Positions 40,873 through 48,647 of a stretch of DNA of 64,000 bases are shown one piece after another (within the stretch, counting starts at the first letter, position 1; each line of letters begins with the position of its first letter). The notes beneath the pieces are model-generated. The model had not been told where the DNA came from. It saw only the letters and a program-made list of their open reading frames with translations, and made no database searches. Source of the DNA: Anaeromyxobacteraceae bacterium (GTDB lineage: Bacteria > Myxococcota > Myxococcia > Myxococcales > Anaeromyxobacteraceae); NCBI GenBank assembly GCA_032654565.1, contig JAULAX010000015.1, positions 352,001 to 416,000 on the forward strand, read 5' to 3'. Both the position numbers and the translations under genes were made by a program.

Positions 40873-42756
40873 ATGTCCCCGGGGGGTCTCAGCTCGCGTC
40901 CGTGGTTGCGGCGCGTCGTTGTCATGGGCGGCCACGCCGTCCTCTTCGGCGTCGGCTACTTCGGCGCCTTCGCCCTCCGCTTCGACTTCAGCAACGACCA
41001 CATGTACGCGGGCCGGATGGTCCGCTGGTTCCCCATCCTGGTGGTCTTGCGCCTCGTCGCCTTCCACTACGCCGGCCTCTTCCGCGGCCTCTGGAAGTAC
41101 ACCAGCACCCGCGACCTGCGGCGCATCATCCTGGCCACCACCGCCTCCACCATCGCCTTCGAGGCGGCCCTCGGCATCCTCTTCCGCGTCCTCCCGCGCT
41201 CGGTCATCCTCATCGAGTGGGGGCTCTGCATCATGCTGGTGGGCGGCGCCCGCTTCGCCTACCGCGCCCTGACCGCCGAGCGGATGCCGCTGCTCCGCAA
41301 GGACGTCAAGCGCCAGAAGCTCCTCATCGTCGGCGCCGGCGACGCCGGCGAGATGCTCCTGCGCGAGGTGCGGCGCAACTCCACCGACCGCTACGACGTG
41401 GTCGGCTTCCTCGACGACAACCGCGAGAAGCTCCACGCCGACATCCACGGCGTCCGGGTGCTGGGCGGCCTCGAGCAGCTCCCCGCGGTGGTGGTGGGCC
41501 AGGACGTGGACGAGGTGATCATCGCCGCCCCGTCCGCCTCCGGCGCCCAGATGCGCCGCATCGTGGACCTGTGCAAGCAGAGCGGCGCCCGCTTCCGCAC
41601 CATCCCCGGCATGGACCAGCTCATCGACGGCCGGGTCACGCTCAGCCAGGTGCGCGACGTGGCCATCGAGGACCTGCTCGGCCGCGAGCCCATCGCGCTC
41701 GACATGGACGCCATCGGCACCGCCATCGAGGGGCAGGTGGTCATGGTGACCGGCGCCGGCGGCTCCATCGGCTCCGAGCTCTGCCGGCAGCTGGCCCGCT
41801 TCGCCCCCAGCGCCCTGCTGCTGGTGGAGCGGGCCGAGAACAACCTGTTCAACATCCACCGCGAGCTGCTGGCCCGCAACGACGGCTTCACGCTGGTGCC
41901 GCTGCTGGCCGACGTGGCCGACGCCGCGCGCATGGACGAGGTCTTCGGGCGCTACCGCCCCACGGTGGTGGTCCACGCCGCCGCCCACAAGCACGTCCCC
42001 ATGATGGAGTGGAACCCCGGCGAGGCGGTGAAGAACAACGTGCTCGGCACCCGCACCCTGGCCGACGCCGCCGACCGGCACGGGGTGGGGCGGTTCGTGA
42101 TGGTCTCCACCGACAAGGCGGTGAACCCCACCTCGGTGATGGGGGCCTCCAAGCGGGTGGCGGAGATCTACGTGCAGTCGCTGTCGCGGCGGTCGAGGAC
42201 CCGGTTCGTGACGGTGCGGTTCGGCAACGTGCTCGGGTCGGCGGGGAGCGTCATCCCCATCTTCAAGGAGCAGATCGCGGCGGGCGGGCCGGTGACGGTG
42301 ACCCACCCGGAGATGAAGCGGTTCTTCATGACCATCCCGGAGGCGTCGCAGCTGGTGCTGCAGGCCGGGACCATGGGGGACGGCGGGGAGATCTACATCC
42401 TGGACATGGGCGAGCCGGTGCGGATCGCCGACCTGGCGCGCGACCTGATCACGCTGTCCGGGCTGACGCCGGGGGTGGACGTGGAGATCCAGTTCACCGG
42501 GATGCGGCCGGGGGAGAAGCTGTTCGAGGAGCTGGCGGTGGACGACGAGAGCGCCGACAAGACCCGGCACCCGAAGATCTTCGTGGGGAAGATGCGGGTG
42601 TACGAGCAGGAGCGGATCGAGAAGGGGCTGGCCTGGCTGGCGGCGGGGGTGGGGCTGGAGCCGGTGGAGATCCGGGCGCGGTTCGCGGACCTGGTGCCGG
42701 AGTATCACTGCCCGGAGGATGGGGTGGCCGCGGTGAAGGCGACCCCGGGGGGGTGA
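40873..42756 (+). CDS. Membrane-anchored UDP-GlcNAc 4,6-dehydratase (CapD/WbpM/PglF family)
   Basis: N-terminal TM helices, TGAGGSIGSEL, HAAAHKHVP, STDKAVNP, RFGNVLGS, RPGEKL. Confidence 0.93.
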   Translation: MSPGGLSSRPWLRRVVVMGGHAVLFGVGYFGAFALRFDFSNDHMYAGRMVRWFPILVVLRLVAFHYAGLFRGLWKYTSTRDLRRIILATTASTIAFEAALGILFRVLPRSVILIEWGLCIMLVGGARFAYRALTAERMPLLRKDVKRQKLLIVGAGDAGEMLLREVRRNSTDRYDVVGFLDDNREKLHADIHGVRVLGGLEQLPAVVVGQDVDEVIIAAPSASGAQMRRIVDLCKQSGARFRTIPGMDQLIDGRVTLSQVRDVAIEDLLGREPIALDMDAIGTAIEGQVVMVTGAGGSIGSELCRQLARFAPSALLLVERAENNLFNIHRELLARNDGFTLVPLLADVADAARMDEVFGRYRPTVVVHAAAHKHVPMMEWNPGEAVKNNVLGTRTLADAADRHGVGRFVMVSTDKAVNPTSVMGASKRVAEIYVQSLSRRSRTRFVTVRFGNVLGSAGSVIPIFKEQIAAGGPVTVTHPEMKRFFMTIPEASQLVLQAGTMGDGGEIYILDMGEPVRIADLARDLITLSGLTPGVDVEIQFTGMRPGEKLFEELAVDDESADKTRHPKIFVGKMRVYEQERIEKGLAWLAAGVGLEPVEIRARFADLVPEYHCPEDGVAAVKATPGG

Positions 42757-42770
42757 GGGGGCCGCAGCGC

Positions 42771-42864
42771 GGGGTCGAGGAACGGAGGCTCGCCTGGGAG
42801 GCGGGCCTTTTTCGTTGGGTGGGCGGGGCTGTCAGGGTGGGGCGTATACTGTACGCATGTTCAC
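42771..42864 (+). repeat. ~90-bp repeat R1, copy 1 (terminator hairpin + promoter + LexA-like box)
   Basis: aggctcgcc-tggga-ggcgggcct-tttt hairpin, TGTCAG-N9-TATACT, CTGTACGCATGTTCAC. Confidence 0.9.
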
Positions 42865-42994
42865 GACAGTCAGCGGACCGAATCTCGGGAACTCACACCT
42901 GGCGGCGATTCCGGCTGTCCTGGGTGTTCGAAGGAGGTCCCTGCTGTCGGACTATGGTAGAAAACTAACTCGTTTTACTACCATCGAGATCGTC

Positions 42995-43615
42995 ATGAAG
43001 GCCGCCGCCAGCATCCTGAGAGCCATCGAGAAGTTCCCTGCTGGGGAGCCGTTCACGACCTCGGCGCTCCTGCAGCACGGCACGCGGGCTGCGGTCGACC
43101 ACGCGCTCTCGCGGTTCGCCAGGACCGGCCTCGTCACCCGCGTCGCTCGGGGCGTCTTCGTGCGCCCCAGGACCAGCAGGTTCGTCGGACAGGTCCCGCC
43201 CAGCCCAGAGGCCGTGGCCCGCACCCTGGCCGCCCAGGCCGGAGCAAAGGTCCAGGTGACTGGCGCAGAGGCAGCCGCGGAGCTTCAGCTCACCACACAG
43301 CGACCCGTGACCCCGGTCTTCCACACCTCCGGCCCGGCCCGGCGCTTCCGCATGGGAAAGCTCGAGGTCACGCTCAAGCACGTGAGCGCCAGGAAGCTGG
43401 CGCTGGCCGGCCGGCCGGCCGGTGTCGCCCTGGCGGCCCTCTGGTATCTCGGGAGGCGAGAGGTCACCGAGGCGGTCATCGAGCAAGTCCGCAGGAAGCT
43501 GCCGGCCGAGGAGTTCCGTGCGCTGGCGGCCGCCGCTGCATCCCAGCCCGCCTGGATGGCCGCGGCCTTCCGCCTCCACGCACGGAACCGGTCGCATGGC
43601 CCAGCGCTTCCTTGA
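42995..43615 (+). CDS. abiEi: AbiEi-type (DUF6088-like) antitoxin
   Basis: RAAVDHALSRF..RVARGVF wHTH, GAEAAAELQLTTQ. Confidence 0.85.
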   Translation: MKAAASILRAIEKFPAGEPFTTSALLQHGTRAAVDHALSRFARTGLVTRVARGVFVRPRTSRFVGQVPPSPEAVARTLAAQAGAKVQVTGAEAAAELQLTTQRPVTPVFHTSGPARRFRMGKLEVTLKHVSARKLALAGRPAGVALAALWYLGRREVTEAVIEQVRRKLPAEEFRALAAAAASQPAWMAAAFRLHARNRSHGPALP

Positions 43616-44606
43616 TCTCGGTCGCGAGGATCGCGCCGACATCCTCCAGGCACTGGCTGCCAGGCTGGGACGGACCGCCCTGGTCCTGGAGAAGGACGTC
43701 TGGGTCTGCTGGACGCTCGAGAGCCTCTATGCGCTTCCTGGACGCAGGGCCATGGCCTTCAAGGGAGGCACGTCCCTGTCCAAGGTCTACGGAGTCATCG
43801 CGAGATTCTCCGAAGACCTCGACATCACGATCGACTGTCGTGGGCTGGTGGCCTCGTTCGACCCCTTCTCCGGGACGGCGTCCGGCAGCGCCCGGAAGAA
43901 GTACGGGAGGGCACTCTCGGCCGCCATGTTCCGGCATGTCCGCGAGGTGCTGGCGCCCCAGCTGGCCGCCGAGCTGAAGCGACAGTTCCAGGGATCGTGC
44001 CGCATCGAGCTCGAGGATGGCGCCGAGAAGCTCTGGGTCCGGTACGAGTCCGCGTTGCCTCCGTCGGCGGGGTACCTGGAGCGAAACGTGCTCGTCGAGT
44101 TCGGCGGTCGAAACAGCCTCGAGCCGAGCGAGCCGCGGACCATCCGGACCTACATGAGTGGCCAGGCCGATGACCTCGAGTTTCCCGTGGCCGAGGTCAC
44201 CGTCCTGCGACCCGAACGGACGTTCTGGGAGAAGGCGACGCTCATTCACGTGGAGTGCGTCAGGGGAGAGCTGAAGGCAGGCAAGGACCGGCTCTCCCGG
44301 CACTGGTACGACCTGGCGACGCTGGCCGACCATGACATTGGACGGCGCGCCCTGTCGGACCGCGCGCTCCTGGCCGACGTGGTGAAGTTCAAGAGCGTGT
44401 TCTTCCGGGACGCGCACGCCAGCTACCAGGATTGCATCGACGGGCGGCTCAGGCTCACTCCGGATCCAGGGATGGCCGCGAGCCTGCGAGGTGACTTCGA
44501 GCAGATGGTCGCCAGCGGAATGTTCGAGGGCCAGCCGCCCCGGTTCGACGACGTCATGGAGCGCCTGCGCCAGCTCGAACAGGCCATCAACGATCAGGCG
44601 GGCTGA
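43596..44606 (+). CDS. abiEii: AbiEii nucleotidyltransferase toxin
   Basis: LEKDVWV, FKGGTSLSK..RFSEDLDI, ERTFWEK, SRHWYDL. Confidence 0.9.
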   Translation: MAQRFLDLGREDRADILQALAARLGRTALVLEKDVWVCWTLESLYALPGRRAMAFKGGTSLSKVYGVIARFSEDLDITIDCRGLVASFDPFSGTASGSARKKYGRALSAAMFRHVREVLAPQLAAELKRQFQGSCRIELEDGAEKLWVRYESALPPSAGYLERNVLVEFGGRNSLEPSEPRTIRTYMSGQADDLEFPVAEVTVLRPERTFWEKATLIHVECVRGELKAGKDRLSRHWYDLATLADHDIGRRALSDRALLADVVKFKSVFFRDAHASYQDCIDGRLRLTPDPGMAASLRGDFEQMVASGMFEGQPPRFDDVMERLRQLEQAINDQAG

Positions 44607-44708
44607 AGAAGTTGGGTGCTGGAGCACAGGCTGGAGGTGAGCGAGGACGCGGCCGCGGGGAGGGTGGGGGAGCGCGGGGAGGGTGGACGCGAGGCCCGCG
44701 AGTTCCAC

Positions 44709-44802
44709 GGGGTCGAGGAACGAAGGCTCGCCTGGGAGGCGGGCCATTTTCGTTGGGTGGGTGGGGCTGTCAGGGTGGGGCGTAGACTGAACGGATGTTT
44801 AT
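44709..44802 (+). repeat. Repeat R1, copy 2
   Basis: Near-identical to 42771-42864. Confidence 0.9.
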
Positions 44803-44871
44803 TTCAGATGCATCTTCTCGGCTACTTTTCTGAACCCATCAGGTTAATCACTCTGGACTTCGCAAGCCACC

Positions 44872-45020
44872 GTGGATATCATCTTCAAGTCGAGGAAGCT
44901 CGAGCGGCTCTGCAATGACGACCGCCTCGCGCAGAAGGCGTGGGGAAAGCCACAGGCGAGCTCGACTGGGACCAGGTGACGGCGGTACGGGTCGTTGAAG
45001 TGGTGGACTACCATGACTGA
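44872..45020 (+). pseudogene. higB: HigB-like toxin with internal deletion/frameshift
   Basis: MDIIFKSRKLERLCND..KAWGK joined out of frame to the C-terminal ELDWDQVTAVRVVEVVDYHD. Confidence 0.75.
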
Positions 45021-45924
45021 AACCACGAACTCCTATCGCCCGCGCCGGGTCTCCCCGCCGGGGGGCACGCTCCTCGACCTCCTGGAAGAGCGCGGGATGG
45101 CGCAGAACGAGCTGGCCGGTCGGACCGGACTCACGCCCAAGACCATCAACGAGATCATCAAGGCCAAGGCGCCGATCACGCCGGACACCGCGCTGAAGCT
45201 GGAGCGGTCACTCGGAGTTCCAGCCGAATTCTGGCTCGTGCGCGAGCAGCACTACCAGGAGTGGATGGCGCGAGGGCGCGCCGAGGCCGAGCAGGCCGAC
45301 GCCGTCGAATGGCTCCGAAGGCTCCCCGTCAAGGACCTGGTCGATGCCGGACTGATCGAACGGTCCAGGTCCAGGGTGGACCAGGTGGGCGAGTTGCTCC
45401 GGTTCTTCGGGGTGGCCTCCCCCGCGGCCTGGAACGACCTCTATGAGCGCCCCCAGGCGGCCTTTCGACGCTCCAGCGCGTTCACGTCCGATGTCGGGGC
45501 GACCGCGGCATGGCTGCGACTCGGCGAGCTCCAGTCGCAGTCGATCAAGGGGGGGAACTACAGCGCCAGCCGCTTCAGGGCGGCGCTGAAGACCGCGGCG
45601 ACCCTGACGAGGAGGCCGCTGCCGGAGGTCACCGAGGCGCTCCGCCGATCATGCGCCGCCGCAGGCGTCGCCGTGGCGGTCATCCCGGCGCTCAAGGGCT
45701 GCAGGGCCTCCGGCGTGGCACGCTGGCTCTCGCCGACCCGCGCGCTCATCCAGTTGAGCGACGGGCCGGGGACCACCGAACAGCTCTGGTTCACGTTCTT
45801 CCACGAGGCCGGGCACATCCTCCTCCACGGGAAGAAGCTGGTCTTCCTGGATGGTGGCGGCGGCGAGACCAGCGAGGAGCACGAGGCGGACCGGTTCGCC
45901 AGGGCATCCTTGAACGGCGACTGA
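45013..45924 (+). CDS. higA: HigA-type XRE antitoxin fused to an ImmA/IrrE metallopeptidase domain
   Basis: SPPGGTL..GMAQNELA..ITPDTALKLE..FW; WFTFFHEAGH and EHEADRFA. Confidence 0.88.
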   Translation: MTETTNSYRPRRVSPPGGTLLDLLEERGMAQNELAGRTGLTPKTINEIIKAKAPITPDTALKLERSLGVPAEFWLVREQHYQEWMARGRAEAEQADAVEWLRRLPVKDLVDAGLIERSRSRVDQVGELLRFFGVASPAAWNDLYERPQAAFRRSSAFTSDVGATAAWLRLGELQSQSIKGGNYSASRFRAALKTAATLTRRPLPEVTEALRRSCAAAGVAVAVIPALKGCRASGVARWLSPTRALIQLSDGPGTTEQLWFTFFHEAGHILLHGKKLVFLDGGGGETSEEHEADRFARASLNGD

Positions 45925-45990
45925 CGACGGGGGCCGGGCGTTGCGGATTCCGGCCGAAGCCGGTCACCTTTGACGCGGCCGCGGGGAAGC

Positions 45991-46144
45991 CGGGGGGCGC
46001 AGATGTGCGCGGAGCCGATCAGCAACAGGCTTCGACCTCCGAAGGGCCAAGCTGATGGCGGCGCCACCCCGAGGAGTCGTCGACGAGGTGAGTTGTTATC
46101 ACGCGTGATAACAAGCGCTCGCGGCGAGCAGATGGCTCGGCCCC
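45991..46144 (+). repeat. 154-bp repeat R2, copy 1
   Basis: Starts with GGCGCAGATGTGCGCG core; contains perfect palindrome TTGTTATCACGCGTGATAACAA (46093-46114); repeated at 48114. Confidence 0.92.
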
Positions 46145-46169
46145 ACGATGAAGGGGCTTCCCGCGTGGC

Positions 46170-46258
46170 CGAGGAACGGAGGCTCGCCTGGGAGGCGGGC
46201 CTTCTTCGTTGAGGGGCGGGCGCTGTCAGGGTGGGGTATATACTGAACGGATGTTTGC
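46170..46258 (+). repeat. Repeat R1, copy 3
   Basis: Same hairpin, TGTCAG-N9-TATACT and CTGAACGGATGTTT. Confidence 0.9.
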
Positions 46259-46322
46259 CCTGGCTCTAAGCGCAACGGGACCTCCGCTTGCTGGATTTCA
46301 TCCCATTAGCTATTTTCAGCAA

Positions 46323-47435
46323 ATGCTGAAACGGCACTTTACAGTGAAAGTCGTACGGCCCGAAGAACGGCTGGGCGAGGCCCTGCTTCGGCTGCTGCGC
46401 GAGATCCCGTTCATCCGGGATGTCGAAGCCCTGGCGCTCCGAACTCCCCAGGCCCCTGGTGATCGCCCTGGCCGAGCGGTGGAGCTTGGAATCGGCTCGA
46501 AGGGCCGGTGGCGCCTGCACACCATCGCCCTTCCCACCGGCCAGCCGGCCGTGCTGCGCAGTGCCCTGGTTCGGCTCAGGGAGGAGGGCGAAGCCGCCTC
46601 GTTCCACCGAACCTCCGGCGTCATCCTCGCTCCCTTCATCTCCGACGGATCCGCACAGCTCTGCCGAGCCGCCGGCGTCGGGTTCCTGGACCTGGCCGGC
46701 AACTGCGAGCTCTGCTTCGATACCGTCTTCATCAGGCTGCGCGCGGCCGACAACCCGCTTCGTGCCCGCAGGGAGCTTCGCTCGCTCTTCACGCCGCGAG
46801 CGGCCCAGGTCCTCCACGCGCTGCTGACTCCGCCCCGGCGGCACTGGAAGGTGACGGAACTGGCCATGGCGGCTGGCGTGAGCCTCGGCCATGTCAGCAA
46901 CGTCAGGCGCCGTCTCGTCGCGCTGGAGTGGGCCCAGGCTGGACCCGAAGGGCTCGTCGTGACCCGGCCGGAGCAGGTGCTGGAGGCGTGGCGGAACGCG
47001 CCGAGGAACCGGGGCCCAGAGCGCCTGGAGTTCTATGGCCCCCTGACCGGCCGTCGCCTGGAGGAGGCGGTGCGGCAGGCGCTGAGCGAGGCCCAGGGCG
47101 ACCGCCAGGCGCTCCTCGCGTCCTACTCCGCCGCGCAGTGGCTCGCCCCCTTCGCGAGGCAATCGTCGACCTTCTTCGAGGCGGACCGCGAGGGGCTCGC
47201 GCTGCTCCAGCGCCACCTCCAGCTGCAGCCCGTGGATGGCGGCGGGAACGTGTTCGTCACGGTGGCGGACGACGACCTCGTCTTCAAGCGGCGGCTCGAG
47301 CCGGCCCCCGGCATCTGGTGCACGGGGCTCATCGACACCTGGCTCGCGCTCGGCCTTTCAGGCGACCGGGGGGTCGAGGCCGCCGACCACCTCCTGCAGC
47401 AGCGGTGGAAGCCGGCGTGGGAGCCAGGCAGGTGA
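46323..47435 (+). CDS. AbiEi-like wHTH antitoxin (type IV TA)
   Basis: APFIS..GFLDLAGN, SLFTPRAAQVL..ELAMAAGVSLGHVS, SYSAAQWLAP, RGVEAADHL. Confidence 0.8.
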   Translation: MLKRHFTVKVVRPEERLGEALLRLLREIPFIRDVEALALRTPQAPGDRPGRAVELGIGSKGRWRLHTIALPTGQPAVLRSALVRLREEGEAASFHRTSGVILAPFISDGSAQLCRAAGVGFLDLAGNCELCFDTVFIRLRAADNPLRARRELRSLFTPRAAQVLHALLTPPRRHWKVTELAMAAGVSLGHVSNVRRRLVALEWAQAGPEGLVVTRPEQVLEAWRNAPRNRGPERLEFYGPLTGRRLEEAVRQALSEAQGDRQALLASYSAAQWLAPFARQSSTFFEADREGLALLQRHLQLQPVDGGGNVFVTVADDDLVFKRRLEPAPGIWCTGLIDTWLALGLSGDRGVEAADHLLQQRWKPAWEPGR

Positions 47436-48085
47436 TGCAGCCGGGGTGCGCGAGCGAGTACGCCGACCGAGGCGTCCAGGCGGTCACGTCCGTGCTGGTC
47501 GAGCTCGGTCAGGTGCTGGGGGCATGGCGCGATCGATTCGTGGTGATCGGGGGAGCCGTTCCATGGCTGCTCCTGCCGGCGGGGAGTCCCCCACATGTCG
47601 GAACGCTGGACGTGGACCTGGCCCTGGATCCGGAAGCCCTGGAGAGCCCCGAGTACGCAACCTTCGTCGCGGCCCTGGAGCACTCCGTCGCCCACGTGGT
47701 GCAGGGGAGGATGCCGGATGGACGACAGAACTCGGTCGAGCTGCTGATCGCCACCATCCCCGCGCTGCTGGTCATGAAGGGACACGCGCTGGTCGGCCGG
47801 GACAAGCCGAAGGACGCCTACGACGCCTACTACGCGGTGCGGAACTTCGACGGCGGTCCCGAAGCGCTGGCGGCCGCCTGCAGTCCCCTGCTCGATAGCC
47901 CCACCGCCAGACGCGGCTTTGGGCACATCGCCTCCAAGTTCACCACGCGTGAGGATTTCGGCCCGGTGACGGTGCGTCGCTTCCTGACCGGCTCCGGGGC
48001 CCTCGGCGGGATGACTCCGGAACAGGTCCAGATGGACGCGTACGAGCAGGTGCGCCGGTTCCTTGAGCTTCTCGGGGTGCGGTAG
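47435..48085 (+). CDS. Nucleotidyltransferase toxin candidate, possibly internally deleted
   Basis: VVIGGAVPWLL..HVGTLDVDLAL and LVMKGHAL..RDKPKDAYD; TGATG coupling. Confidence 0.75.
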   Translation: MQPGCASEYADRGVQAVTSVLVELGQVLGAWRDRFVVIGGAVPWLLLPAGSPPHVGTLDVDLALDPEALESPEYATFVAALEHSVAHVVQGRMPDGRQNSVELLIATIPALLVMKGHALVGRDKPKDAYDAYYAVRNFDGGPEALAAACSPLLDSPTARRGFGHIASKFTTREDFGPVTVRRFLTGSGALGGMTPEQVQMDAYEQVRRFLELLGVR

Positions 48086-48113
48086 ACCACGGTGACCCAC
48101 CCGAACCTGCGGC

Positions 48114-48267
48114 CCGGGGGCGCAGATGTGCGCGGAGCCGATCAGCAACAGGCTTCGATCTCCGAAGGGCCAAGCCGATGGCGGCGCCACCCCGAGGAGT
48201 CATCGACGGGGTGAGTTGTCATCACGCGTGACAACACGTGCTCGCGGCGAGCAGATGGCTCGGCCCC
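48114..48267 (+). repeat. 154-bp repeat R2, copy 2
   Basis: Colinear with 45991-46144 (offset 2123). Confidence 0.92.
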
Positions 48268-48274
48268 GCGCCGC

Positions 48275-48646
48275 CTACCCCGGCCCGCCCACCATGTCGC
48301 GCACCACCTCGAGGAGCTGCTTGTAGCTGAGCGGCTTGGCCACGTACGCGTCGCAGCCGGCCGCCTCGATCCGCTCGCGGTCGCCGAGCATGGCCAGCGC
48401 GGTGAGCGCCACGATCTTGATGGCGCGCGTGGCCGGGTCGGCCTTGAGCAGGCGGGTGGCCGCAAGGCCGTCCATGCCGGGGAGCTGCAGGTCCATCAGG
48501 ATCAGGGCCGGCAGCCGCTCCCGCGCCAGGCGGATCCCCTCCTCGGCGTCGGTGGCCTGCAGCACCTCGTGGTTCTTCTGCTGCAGCAGGAAGACCACCA
48601 GCTTCATGTTGGCGGCGTTGTCCTCGATCACCAGGATGCACGCCAT
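48275..48646 (-). CDS. Single-domain response regulator (DivK/CheY-like)
   Basis: ILVIEDN, LMDLQLPGMDG, ALTA, AKP. Confidence 0.92.
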   Translation of the reverse strand: MACILVIEDNAANMKLVVFLLQQKNHEVLQATDAEEGIRLARERLPALILMDLQLPGMDGLAATRLLKADPATRAIKIVALTALAMLGDRERIEAAGCDAYVAKPLSYKQLLEVVRDMVGGPG

Positions 48647-48647
48647 C

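Noticed and set aside
44616..44708. Possible diverged copy of the capD 3' end before the second R1
   Set aside because: Only patchy similarity by eye; would support the anchor-duplication model but cannot be established without alignment
42771..48267. Classical integron attC sites
   Set aside because: No RYYYAAC...GTTRRRY ends recognised and no IntI in the window; only the layout is analogous
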